Positions 26,892 through 36,533 of a DNA stretch of 53,327 nt are shown here, piece by piece. Position 1 is the stretch's first letter, and the number at the start of each line of letters is the position of its first letter. Origin of the DNA: an uncultured Flavobacteriaceae bacterium (lineage in GTDB: Bacteria > Bacteroidota > Bacteroidia > Flavobacteriales > Flavobacteriaceae); the NCBI GenBank assembly GCA_964410335.1, contig CAYPGZ010000001.1, positions 24,800 through 78,126 of the forward strand. The letters are read 5' to 3'. The notes under the pieces are model-generated. The model was given only the letters and a program-made list of their open reading frames with translations, was not told the origin of the DNA and ran no database searches. The position numbers and the translations under genes are program-made.

Positions 26892-27013
26892 AATAAACCT
26901 AAAATTATATTTCGTGAAATTCTAAAAAAATAAATGAGATCAAAAATAAATCAGAAGCTCAAAAATCAGTAGAAAACATGAATTTTGAAGGAATAAACCT
27001 AAAAATATATTTT
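26892..27013. repeat. pair of about 20-nt direct repeats exactly 100 nt apart
   Basis: aataaacctaaaattatattt (26892-26912) and aataaacctaaaaatatatttt (26992-27013), in the divergent ogt / DUF502 promoter region; 13-nt exact core aataaacctaaaa. Confidence 0.6.
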
Positions 27014-27070
27014 AAACCAAATTATAATTTGTCCGATATTTGTCATTAGTATCTTTTAAAACACTTGATC

Positions 27071-27640
27071 ATGGAATTCAAAAATTTGAGTAAATATTTT
27101 GTGAGAGGCTTGATTTATCTTGTTCCTACTGCGCTGACCTTTTACCTGCTTTATGAAGTTTTTGTGTTTATTGATGAGATTTTACCTTTCAACCTCCCTC
27201 CGGGTTTTGGGGTGCTCATTATGTTGATATTGATTACCCTGGTTGGGTATTTGGGGAGTACACTCATTACCGATAGGATTAAAAATTATCTTGAAAAAAT
27301 CATCAAGCGCACGCCTTTGATTAGTGTGATTTATGGTAGCATCAAAGATTTGATAACGGCTTTTGTGGGGCAGAAAAAAAGCTTTAGCAAACCGGTAATG
27401 GTCAAGCTCTATGAAAACAGCAAAATTGCTCGAGTGGGTTTCGTAACGGACGAAGATCTTTCGGAATTGCAAATTAAAGATGACCTTATTGCAGTGTATA
27501 TTCCGCATTCATATAACATTTCCGGGAATCTGTTTTTGGTTCCGAAAAGTTATATCACTCCTTTGGATGTGAAAAGTGCCGAATTGATGAAATATGCCGT
27601 CAGTGGTGGTGTAGTGAGGATTGAGGAAAACGAAGAATAA
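27071..27640 (+). CDS. DUF502-family membrane protein
   Basis: Two N-terminal TM helices (LIYLVPTALTFYLLYEV, GVLIMLILITLVGYLG), then a soluble domain with the IPHSYNISGNLFLVP pattern typical of DUF502. ATG at 27071 preferred over the TTG at 27065. Confidence 0.65.
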   Translation: MEFKNLSKYFVRGLIYLVPTALTFYLLYEVFVFIDEILPFNLPPGFGVLIMLILITLVGYLGSTLITDRIKNYLEKIIKRTPLISVIYGSIKDLITAFVGQKKSFSKPVMVKLYENSKIARVGFVTDEDLSELQIKDDLIAVYIPHSYNISGNLFLVPKSYITPLDVKSAELMKYAVSGGVVRIEENEE

Positions 27641-27648
27641 AAAGCTAA

Positions 27649-28800
27649 TTATTCCTGTTTAAAAGTCTTGAGAATAGCATCCTTAATCCTTTTTCTGTCT
27701 TCATCGCTGAGGTTTGAACCGGAAGGCAGGCACAATCCGTTTTGGAATAGGTTTTCGGCTACTTTTTTTCCGTAATAGGGTGCATCTGCAAAAAAGGGCT
27801 GCAAGTGCATGGGTTTCCACAGCGGTCTGCATTCAATATTTTCTTTTTCAAAAGCTTTACGCAGATCTTCACGGTTTATGCCGTGGGTTTGTTTTGGATC
27901 AATAATAATGGAGGTTAACCAAAAATTGGAAAAATAATCGGAATTTGGTTCTTCTAACAAACGCACTCCGGGGATTGCTGCAAATAAATCTTTATAGAAC
28001 ATATGCATTTTTCGGCGTAAATCCACATGCGAATCGAGGATTTCCATTTGTCCACGACCAATTCCGGCGGTGATATTACTCATTCGATAATTAAAACCGA
28101 TTTCACTGTGTTGATAATGAGGGGCATCGTCCCGGGCTTGAGTAGCATAAAAAACAGTTTTATTTTTCACTTTTTCTGAAGGACAGACCAAAGCTCCTCC
28201 ACCGCTGGTGGTAATAATTTTATTGCCGTTGAAAGAAAGGATTCCAAAATCTCCGAAAGTTCCACACTTTCTATTTTTGTAGGTAGAGCCTAACGCTTCA
28301 GCACTATCTTCGACTACGGGAATTTCATATTTTTTTGAAATGGCTTCAATCTCATCGATTTTGTAAGGCATTCCATACAGATGTACGGCGACGATTGCTT
28401 TGGGTTTTTTGCCTTTAGCCATTCTGTCTTTTATTGCATCCTCCAAACTTTTAGGACAAATATTCCAAGTTTCGGGTTCACTATCGATAAAAACCGGAGT
28501 GGCTCCTTGGTATTTAATTGGATTTGCCGAAGCTGAAAACGTAAAACTCTGACATAAGACTTCATCTCCGTGGGAAACCCCAAGTTGAAGTAAAGCTAAA
28601 TGAATAGCAGCAGTACCACTGCTCAAAGCGGCAATGTGCTTATCGTGGTTTAAATAGGATTTCAAATCGGCTTCAAAACCATTCACGTTTGGTCCTAAGG
28701 GAGCGACCCAATTTTCCCGAAAGGCGGAATCGATATATTTTTTTTCGCCTCCGCCCATATGTGGGGAAGAAAGCCAGATTTTAGGATTTGCCATGAGCAA
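27649..28800 (-). CDS. DegT/DnrJ/EryC1/StrS-family PLP-dependent sugar aminotransferase
   Basis: 383 aa; IWLSSPHMGGGEKKYI N-terminus; SFNGNKIITTSGGGAL PLP-lysine region; start may be the third codon (28794); 13 nt downstream of the metalloprotease gene. Confidence 0.82.
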   Translation of the reverse strand: MLMANPKIWLSSPHMGGGEKKYIDSAFRENWVAPLGPNVNGFEADLKSYLNHDKHIAALSSGTAAIHLALLQLGVSHGDEVLCQSFTFSASANPIKYQGATPVFIDSEPETWNICPKSLEDAIKDRMAKGKKPKAIVAVHLYGMPYKIDEIEAISKKYEIPVVEDSAEALGSTYKNRKCGTFGDFGILSFNGNKIITTSGGGALVCPSEKVKNKTVFYATQARDDAPHYQHSEIGFNYRMSNITAGIGRGQMEILDSHVDLRRKMHMFYKDLFAAIPGVRLLEEPNSDYFSNFWLTSIIIDPKQTHGINREDLRKAFEKENIECRPLWKPMHLQPFFADAPYYGKKVAENLFQNGLCLPSGSNLSDEDRKRIKDAILKTFKQE

Positions 28801-28813
28801 AAATGCTTTTGCC

Positions 28814-30967
28814 TTATTTTTTGACGAATCTCAATACTTGGGACTTGTTTCCGGCGGATACTTTTACAAAATACAATCCACTGGAAAATCCGTTCAATGA
28901 TATCGTTGTCTTTTGATTATTGACATTGCTAATCCGGGTGATTGACCTTCCTGTCATATCATAAATTTGAAGACTTTGAATGGTTTCTGTGGATTCAATA
29001 TTTATAATCGAATTTGCAGGATTCGGATAGAGCGCAATATCAGTATGAGTTGAAAATTCATCTGTTCCCAACAAGCAAGTTATTTCAGCTTCCCAGCCGG
29101 CTTCTCTTACTCCGGGATCAGAAACAAATCGAACGGTAATTGCGCCTGATGCACTGGTTGCTTGAAAAGGTCCCGGAATATTAGCGCCGGTTAAGTTTTC
29201 TCCATTAGGAAAAACAGGAGCATTCAGATTTTCTCCATCATAAAGCGTCATATAGTCATACCCGTTTTCCAAATTAAATTCGGTGAAAGTCATTGTAATT
29301 TTATCGTTAGGAACTTGCGGATAAAAAGTTTTAATAATTTCTTCACCGTTGCCGTAGTTTCCGTTTGGTCCCCCGGTGTCATAAAATTTATCTCCGGCAC
29401 AATAGTTTCCGTTGGTTAGGAATAGTCGTTTGATACTGGAAGCAATATCTCCTGAAGAACAAACATTCCCCATTTCAAATACATAATAAGTATTGGGCGT
29501 TAATCCCGATATATTAAACGAGGAAGAGGTAGTATTATTCCAAGAAGTAGGAGGATTATTGTATTTATAAACTCTAAAATTCCAGGAAGAAGAAGTATTA
29601 TCAATAACATTTACGTCAAGTGACGAACCCGTAATATTTTCCAACTTGGCAGAAGTAATGGTTGCATAACAGCTGCAATCTACCCCCAAACAATTTTTTC
29701 CATTTATAGTTGAACGAATAAGTTGCCCGGGTTGCGGCCCAAAACCTTTAGTGAAATTAATGCCGGTGGGCAATAAGTGGCAATAACTCATAATTGTTCC
29801 TCCGTTGCTAGGGATAGTTCCTACACAACCTTCACCATGACCGGCTTGTTCCCCACATCCGTCAATAGCGGTATTATTTCCATTCCACGCACATGCATGA
29901 GTGTGTGGGGAACCTAGAGAATGTCCCATTTCGTGTGTCATTGCCATGATAGTCCATGAATAAGTGGGTACAGCTGCATAAAACTGGTCAATAGCCGAAT
30001 ATGCATAATTTTTTGCTGAACATATAGAGTTGAGATAGGCGACACTCGTGGTAGAAGGAGAATTTACCAAATGGCCTAAATCACCATAAAAGTATGAACG
30101 ATAATTTCTAAAGACGGAAAGGTTTGTGCTATAATTATAAACATACGGATCCGGAGCTGTCCACACCATGGTGCTGTTTAAAGATACAGTGATATTATCA
30201 TTTGCATACAAGGTGGAAATATTGTTGTGAATTCCGGTAAGCCAATTTAAGGTGGAGGTCACATTTGAACCATGATCCAAATACGGCTGGTAAGCAACTT
30301 CATAATAAAGTCTTATACATCTGCTGATCATAGGTTTTGAACCGGTATTGTTTTCAGGCTGAAAATTAATTTCTTGTAATTGTTTGTCCGTCATTTCGAA
30401 GCCGCAAACAAAAGGATTTTTCCCCACAAGAGTATGATCGGAATAAGCAAGATAATCAGAAGAATCCTTGGTTTTTCCAACCACGATGTTTCCTTTTGTT
30501 AAAGAAGATGCCACCCCGATAATTTCGTTATCAAAAAAGCTAAAAGCTACCACAGAAGCAGCCGGGTCGTCTGCAATCACCCCACGATAATATATTCCGG
30601 GAGTATAGCTGAGTACTCGATTTTCTTGATCGATGGCTTGAAAGTCCTGGGTAAAAATATTTTCTTTATATAATTGAACGACAATTTTTGAAGATTTATA
30701 CGGGATTGCAAACTCAAATGTCTCCGGTTGCTCTTTCATTAATCGAGAAAGCGCTGGGAGATTTAAATTTAAAACTGTGGCATCAGTAGCCATTTGACGG
30801 TATTCTTTGATTTTTTCAACCGAAGTGTTTTCTTCAAACAAATTATAATTATGGAAAATCGCACCTTCCTTATGAAGATTTTCGATGTTTTGAGCAATGG
30901 GTTTTAATTCTTGAGAAAAAACTACTGTTCCAAATAGCAAACAAATAAATAGGGATAGGTATTTCAT
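28814..30967 (-). CDS. secreted metzincin zinc metalloprotease with FN3-like and CUB-like domains and a T9SS C-terminal sorting domain
   Basis: 717 aa; signal peptide; HEMGHSLGSPH (HExxHxxGxxH); FN3-like segment (NISGLTPNTYYVFEM); CUB-like segment (YDYMTLYDGENL ... VRFVSDPGVREAGWEAEI); CTD LYPNPANSIINIES...GLYFVKVSAGNKSQVLRFVKK. Confidence 0.8.
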   Translation of the reverse strand: MKYLSLFICLLFGTVVFSQELKPIAQNIENLHKEGAIFHNYNLFEENTSVEKIKEYRQMATDATVLNLNLPALSRLMKEQPETFEFAIPYKSSKIVVQLYKENIFTQDFQAIDQENRVLSYTPGIYYRGVIADDPAASVVAFSFFDNEIIGVASSLTKGNIVVGKTKDSSDYLAYSDHTLVGKNPFVCGFEMTDKQLQEINFQPENNTGSKPMISRCIRLYYEVAYQPYLDHGSNVTSTLNWLTGIHNNISTLYANDNITVSLNSTMVWTAPDPYVYNYSTNLSVFRNYRSYFYGDLGHLVNSPSTTSVAYLNSICSAKNYAYSAIDQFYAAVPTYSWTIMAMTHEMGHSLGSPHTHACAWNGNNTAIDGCGEQAGHGEGCVGTIPSNGGTIMSYCHLLPTGINFTKGFGPQPGQLIRSTINGKNCLGVDCSCYATITSAKLENITGSSLDVNVIDNTSSSWNFRVYKYNNPPTSWNNTTSSSFNISGLTPNTYYVFEMGNVCSSGDIASSIKRLFLTNGNYCAGDKFYDTGGPNGNYGNGEEIIKTFYPQVPNDKITMTFTEFNLENGYDYMTLYDGENLNAPVFPNGENLTGANIPGPFQATSASGAITVRFVSDPGVREAGWEAEITCLLGTDEFSTHTDIALYPNPANSIINIESTETIQSLQIYDMTGRSITRISNVNNQKTTISLNGFSSGLYFVKVSAGNKSQVLRFVKK

Positions 30968-30984
30968 GACTTGTTAAATTTTGC

Positions 30985-30992
30985 CAAATATA
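30985..30992 (-). promoter_or_regulatory. candidate -7 box (TATATTTG) for the metalloprotease gene
   Basis: caaatata on the plus strand, 17 nt upstream of the ATG at 30967. Confidence 0.4.
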
Positions 30993-31173
30993 CTATATTC
31001 ATTTTAAAAAAACATTCTTGCCTGAGGTTCGTGTTTTTTAAAAACAAAGTTGTTTTTAGGAACAGCATTATTAGATTCTCCTGGAAATTTTTCACGCCAC
31101 AAATTTTCGTTTTTGCTGAAAAAGCCTGTATATTTAAACCATTCAAAATACATCTAAAAAACCCGATTCTTTC

Positions 31174-34100
31174 ATGTTTTTAATCTTCGATACCGAGACC
31201 ACCGGACTTCCAAAACGCGACAATGCACCTATTTCTGATACCGATAATTGGCCCCGGTGTGTCCAAATTGCATGGCAACTTCACGATGAGATGGGAAGAC
31301 TTTTGGAACATGAAGATTATCTTATTTGCCCGGAAGGCTTCAATATTCCTTATGATGCCGAACGCATACACGGAATTTCCACCGAATTGGCACAAGAAAA
31401 AGGAGTGCCTTTAAAAGAGATGTTGGAAAAATTCAACCAGGCTCTCTCCAAAGCTAAATTTATTGTCGGGCAAAACCTCGGTTTCGATGTAAAGATAATG
31501 GGCGCGGAATTCTACCGCATGCAAATTGACAATACCCTGGCAGAACTTCCCGTATTGGATACTTGTACTGAGATAACGGCAAACCTTTGTCGTTTGTCCG
31601 GCGGACGAGGGGGAAAATTCAAATTACCCACTTTGAGTGAGTTGCACCACCATCTTTTTCGGGAACGCTTTTCAGAAGCCCATAATGCCAGCGCCGATGT
31701 AGAGGCCACGGCAAGATGTTTTTTTGAATTAGTACGCCTTCGGATTTTCACCGAAAAAGATTTACAAACCGATGCCGATTATTTCGAGCGTTTTTCCGAA
31801 ACCAATATCGAGCCGATTCCTTCTATTGGATTGAAGCATCGAAACCTTAAAAAAGATTCTCAAGCCCTACGGGAAAAGAAAAAAGCTCCGGAAGAAACTA
31901 TTTCGGATTCGGAAATTCGAGAAAATATTGAAATTCTCGAGGAATCCCATTTCGCACATTTGCACAACCATAGTCAGTTTTCGATACTTCAGTCCACCAT
32001 GAGTGTAAACGATTTGGTTTCTGCAGCAGCTGAGGGGAAAATGCCTGCTGTTGCTTTGACCGATCACGCCAATCTGATGGGGGCATTTCATTTTACAAAT
32101 GCTGTGGCTACACACAATAGAAATGTGGAAAATCGACGTAAAGAAGCAGAAGAAAAAGGGGAAGAATTCCATGAAAAAGAGTTGAAAGGAATAGTTGGGT
32201 GTGAGTTTTTTGTGTGCGAAGACCGGCTAAACAAATCTCAAAAAGACAATGGATATCAAATTGTTTTCTTGGCAAAAAATAAAAAAGGCTATCACAATTT
32301 AGTGAAATTATCTTCTTTGGCGTACACCGAAGGTTTTTATTATGTGCCGAGAATCGACAAAGAAATTCTGTTGAAATACAGTTCTGACTTGATTGTGCTT
32401 TCCGGAAACCTTTTTGGTGAAGTTCCCGGAAAATTATTGAATATGGGCGAAAAACAAGCCGAAGAAGCTTTGTTGTGGTGGAAAGAAAATTTCAAAGAGG
32501 ATTTTTATATCGAAATCATGCGTCATGGCCAGGAAGATGAGGATCGCGTGAACTTTTCTTTGGTAGAACTTGCAAAAAAACACCACGTAAAAATAATCGC
32601 CACCAACAATACCTATTATCAAAAAAAGGAAGATGCCAATGCTCATGATATTTTGTTGTGCGTAAAAGACGGAGAAAAACAAGCTACGCCCATTGGTCGC
32701 GGTCGCGGATATCGCTATGGGTTGCCCAATCAGGAATATTATTTCAAATCTTCCGACGAAATGAAATCGCTTTTTAAGGATTTGCCCGAAGCGATTTCAA
32801 ATATCCAGGAAATTGTGGACAAAGTAGAATCGTTTGAATTGGCGCGGGAGGTTTTACTTCCAAAATTCAATATTCCGAAAGAATTTCAAAATTCCGAGGA
32901 CGAAAAAGACGGGGGGAACCGTGGTGAAAACGCTTATTTGAGACATCTGACTTATGAAGGAGCAAAAAAACGCTATGGAGAAATCACTCCTGAAATCAAG
33001 GAACGATTGGATTTTGAGCTTACGGTAATCGAAAATACCGGATATCCCGGATATTTTTTGATTGTCGAAGATTTTATAAGAGAAGCACGAAAAATGGGTG
33101 TTTCTGTGGGGCCGGGACGCGGATCTGCTGCCGGAAGTGCAGTTGCTTATTGTTTATGGATTACTAATATCGACCCCATTCAATATGACTTACTTTTTGA
33201 GCGGTTCCTTAATCCCGACCGGATAAGCATGCCGGATATCGATATTGATTTTGATGATGAAGGTAGAGGAAAAGTGATTGATTATGTTATCCAAAAATAC
33301 GGTGCCGATCAAGTGGCGCAAATCATCACTTACGGAACTATGGCTGCCAAATCTGCCATTCGGGATACTGCGCGGGTTTTGGATTTGCCCTTGCATGAAG
33401 CAGACAGGCTCGCCAAACTCATTCCTGATTTTGCCAAACTCAACAAGTTGTTGGGCATGGACGACAAAACCGTTCGTGCCAATTTTCGTAGTGAAGATGT
33501 GGATCGGATAAACCAATTGCTCAACATTTCCGAGAGTGGTGATCTGGAAGCACAGACCATAAATCAAGCAAAAATTTTGGAAGGTTCTGTTCGAAACACG
33601 GGCGTTCATGCTTGTGGTGTAATTATCACTCCCGGAAACCTAACCGAATATGTGCCGATTGCCTTGGCTAAAGATTCCAACTTGAGTGTAACTCAATTTG
33701 ACAACTCCGTGGTAGAATCTGCCGGATTGTTGAAGATGGATTTTTTGGGATTAAAAACGTTGAGCATAATTAAGGACACCGTCGAAATCGTAAAAGGACG
33801 GCGAAACCTTGTGCTTGACCCTGAAAATTTTCCCATCGATGATCCCGAAACCTATCAGCTTTTTCAACGCGGCGAAACGGTGGGGATTTTTCAATATGAA
33901 TCTCCGGGAATGCAAAAACATTTAAAGGAATTGAAACCTACTGTTTTTGAGGATTTGATTGCGATGAATGCACTCTACAGACCGGGGCCCATGGAATATA
34001 TTCCCAGTTTTATTGCCAGAAAACACGGAAAAGAAGAAATTACTTATGACCTTCCTGAGATGGAAGAATACCTTCAGGAAACCTATGGAATCACCGTTTA

Positions 34101-35556
34101 TCAGGAGCAGGTGATGTTGCTTTCACAAAAATTGGCAGGATTTTCAAAAGGTGAAGCCGACGTATTGCGGAAAGCAATGGGAAAGAAACAACGCGCGGTT
34201 TTGGACAAGATGAAACCCAAATTCATCGAGCAAGCTTCCGAAAAAGGCTTGAATCCTCAAATTCTCGAAAAAATCTGGAAAGATTGGGAGGCCTTTGCCA
34301 GTTATGCTTTCAATAAATCGCATTCCACTTGTTATGCTTGGATTGCTTTTCAAACGGCTTATCTGAAAACCCATTATCCGGCGGAATTCATGGCAGCGGT
34401 GCTTTCCAATAACATGAACGATATCAAGAAAGTTTCTTTTTTTATGGAAGAATGTAAGCGAATGGGGTTGCAGGTTTTAGGACCTGATGTGAACGAATCC
34501 TATTCCAATTTTTCCGTAAATAAAAACAATGCGGTACGTTTTGGAATGGCAGCCATCAAGGGAGTGGGCAGTAACGCAGTAAAAGCAATTGTCGATGAAC
34601 GAAAAGCAAATGGACCCTTTCGTTCGATTTTTGATATGGCTACCCGTATCGACTTGCGGGCTACCAATAAAAAGGTTTTCGAAAGCTTGGCGTATGCCGG
34701 AGGCTTTGATAGTTTCAGGGAAACCCATCGCGCTCAATATTTCCATATTGAAGGGGAAGGCACAAGCTTTATCGAAAAGGTGGTTCGCTATGCATCGAAA
34801 TATCAGGAAAACAAAAACTCTGCTCAGGTGAGTTTGTTTGGAGAAGCCAGTGACGTTAAAATTCCTGAACCCGAAGTGCCGCCTTGCGAAGAATGGGGAA
34901 CCATGAAAAAATTAAAATATGAAAAAGAGGTGGTGGGTATTTATATTTCCGGACACCCTCTGGATGATTTTAAAAGTGAGATGGCTTATTTCTGCAATTG
35001 CAACTTAAAATTTTTTCACAACCTCGAGGCTCAAATTAATCGGGAATTGAGTTTTGGAGGAGTGATCACCGAAGTGTCGCATCACGTGAGCAAAACCGGA
35101 AAAGGCTATGCCCGATTTGTACTCGAAGATTATGAAGAAAGCCATAAGTTTTCGATTTTTGGAGAAGAATATCTAAAGTTCAGACATTTTCTTCTGCCTA
35201 ATAATTTTGTGCATATTAAAGCTTTTGTCAAGGAAGGTTGGATGAATCGCGAAACGGGTCAAAAAGGAGACCCTCGTATTCAATTTACCTCCTTCAAACA
35301 ACTGCAGGATGTAATGGAAACCTATGCTAAAAAACTAACAATCCAACTAAATATCAATGACTTGGAGGAAGAGAAAATTGATAATCTGCATGATACCCTT
35401 AGATCCCATAAAGGAAATCATATGTTGAATTTTGTAGTGTATGAAATGAAAGAAAAGGTGAAATTGCACATGCCCAGTAGAAAACAAAAAGTTAGGATTT
35501 CGCAGGAATTGCTGGATTCCTTAGCAGAAATGAATGTGTATTATAAAGTGAATTAA
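31174..35556 (+). CDS. dnaE: DNA polymerase III alpha subunit with N-terminal DnaQ-like 3'-5' exonuclease domain
   Basis: 1460 aa. Residues 1-190 carry DEDDh motifs (IFDTETTGL; GQNLGFDVKIM; HNASADVEATARCF). A K/E-rich linker follows. The PHP domain starts at HLHNHSQFSIL. The polymerase core (PDIDIDF, GLLKMDFLGLKTL, YRPGP), OB fold and C-terminus are all present. Confidence 0.92.
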   Translation: MFLIFDTETTGLPKRDNAPISDTDNWPRCVQIAWQLHDEMGRLLEHEDYLICPEGFNIPYDAERIHGISTELAQEKGVPLKEMLEKFNQALSKAKFIVGQNLGFDVKIMGAEFYRMQIDNTLAELPVLDTCTEITANLCRLSGGRGGKFKLPTLSELHHHLFRERFSEAHNASADVEATARCFFELVRLRIFTEKDLQTDADYFERFSETNIEPIPSIGLKHRNLKKDSQALREKKKAPEETISDSEIRENIEILEESHFAHLHNHSQFSILQSTMSVNDLVSAAAEGKMPAVALTDHANLMGAFHFTNAVATHNRNVENRRKEAEEKGEEFHEKELKGIVGCEFFVCEDRLNKSQKDNGYQIVFLAKNKKGYHNLVKLSSLAYTEGFYYVPRIDKEILLKYSSDLIVLSGNLFGEVPGKLLNMGEKQAEEALLWWKENFKEDFYIEIMRHGQEDEDRVNFSLVELAKKHHVKIIATNNTYYQKKEDANAHDILLCVKDGEKQATPIGRGRGYRYGLPNQEYYFKSSDEMKSLFKDLPEAISNIQEIVDKVESFELAREVLLPKFNIPKEFQNSEDEKDGGNRGENAYLRHLTYEGAKKRYGEITPEIKERLDFELTVIENTGYPGYFLIVEDFIREARKMGVSVGPGRGSAAGSAVAYCLWITNIDPIQYDLLFERFLNPDRISMPDIDIDFDDEGRGKVIDYVIQKYGADQVAQIITYGTMAAKSAIRDTARVLDLPLHEADRLAKLIPDFAKLNKLLGMDDKTVRANFRSEDVDRINQLLNISESGDLEAQTINQAKILEGSVRNTGVHACGVIITPGNLTEYVPIALAKDSNLSVTQFDNSVVESAGLLKMDFLGLKTLSIIKDTVEIVKGRRNLVLDPENFPIDDPETYQLFQRGETVGIFQYESPGMQKHLKELKPTVFEDLIAMNALYRPGPMEYIPSFIARKHGKEEITYDLPEMEEYLQETYGITVYQEQVMLLSQKLAGFSKGEADVLRKAMGKKQRAVLDKMKPKFIEQASEKGLNPQILEKIWKDWEAFASYAFNKSHSTCYAWIAFQTAYLKTHYPAEFMAAVLSNNMNDIKKVSFFMEECKRMGLQVLGPDVNESYSNFSVNKNNAVRFGMAAIKGVGSNAVKAIVDERKANGPFRSIFDMATRIDLRATNKKVFESLAYAGGFDSFRETHRAQYFHIEGEGTSFIEKVVRYASKYQENKNSAQVSLFGEASDVKIPEPEVPPCEEWGTMKKLKYEKEVVGIYISGHPLDDFKSEMAYFCNCNLKFFHNLEAQINRELSFGGVITEVSHHVSKTGKGYARFVLEDYEESHKFSIFGEEYLKFRHFLLPNNFVHIKAFVKEGWMNRETGQKGDPRIQFTSFKQLQDVMETYAKKLTIQLNINDLEEEKIDNLHDTLRSHKGNHMLNFVVYEMKEKVKLHMPSRKQKVRISQELLDSLAEMNVYYKVN

Positions 35557-35608
35557 AAAAGTTCAAGAATAAAAAATTTGCAGGAAAAAATAATCAGAGA
35601 TAGAAAGA

Positions 35609-35636
35609 AAACCCGGCCATATAAGCCGGGTTTCCT
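35609..35636 (+). terminator. hairpin terminator after dnaE
   Basis: aaacccggc-catataa-gccgggttt 9-bp stem, 52 nt after the dnaE stop; short U tail only. Confidence 0.5.
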
Positions 35637-35864
35637 GTATTTGGATAAATATTGATGACCTTTCAAACAAACTCAAAAAAGCAATGATGAACAAAATTTA
35701 TCTCAAAAGGCCGTTCCAAATAGTGGATAAATATACAAACCTAACGATATAAAATTCGTTTTATTGTGTTAATTTTTAATTCCGCTTATATTGGGAATTT
35801 GTTATGCCTCCTTAAGGCTTACTTTTTGGCAAATGCTGTTGAATAAATTTAAATTCAAATAAAA

Positions 35865-36506
35865 ATGTTTATTCTTGATAAGGAGTTAATTTTTCCACCG
35901 CCGGAAACCGCTGATCCGGACGGGCTGCTTGCCATCGGGGGAGACCTCTCACCCGAAAGACTAATATTGGCCTACGAGCAAGGGATTTTTCCTTGGTTTG
36001 ACACGCTCCCGATTTTATGGTGGAGCCCCAACCCGAGGTTTGTGCTTTTTCCTCATAAACTCAAGGTTTCAAAAACCATGAAAAAACTTTTTAAAGCAAA
36101 AACTTTTGAGGTTACTTACGACCGCTGTTTTGAAAAGGTTATCGAAGAATGTGCATCCATAAAAAGAAAAGGACAAATCGGTACTTGGATTACTCCGGAA
36201 ATGAAAAAGGCATATCACCAACTCTTCCAAATGGGTTTTGTGCGTTCCGTGGAAGTGTGGCAAAACAATCAGCTGGTGGGAGGACTCTATGGTGTTTATC
36301 TGAAAGAAAAACAGGTTTTTTGTGGAGAAAGCATGTTCTCAAAAGTCAGCAATGCTTCAAAATACGGGTTCATTAGTTTAGTGGAAAAACTAAAGGGGGA
36401 AGGAATAAAACTCATCGATTGTCAGGTTTCTACAAAACATTTGAAAAGTTTCGGGGCAGAAGAGATTTCCAGACAAAGCTTTTTGGAATTTTTATCTGAC
36501 AAATAA
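35865..36506 (+). CDS. aat: leucyl/phenylalanyl-tRNA--protein transferase
   Basis: 213 aa; GLLAIGGDLSPERLILAYEQGIFPWF, WWSPNPRFVLFP, GGLYGV and FCGESMFS motifs. Confidence 0.88.
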   Translation: MFILDKELIFPPPETADPDGLLAIGGDLSPERLILAYEQGIFPWFDTLPILWWSPNPRFVLFPHKLKVSKTMKKLFKAKTFEVTYDRCFEKVIEECASIKRKGQIGTWITPEMKKAYHQLFQMGFVRSVEVWQNNQLVGGLYGVYLKEKQVFCGESMFSKVSNASKYGFISLVEKLKGEGIKLIDCQVSTKHLKSFGAEEISRQSFLEFLSDK

Positions 36507-36533
36507 AACCTTTCTCACCAATATCCTCCTCAC

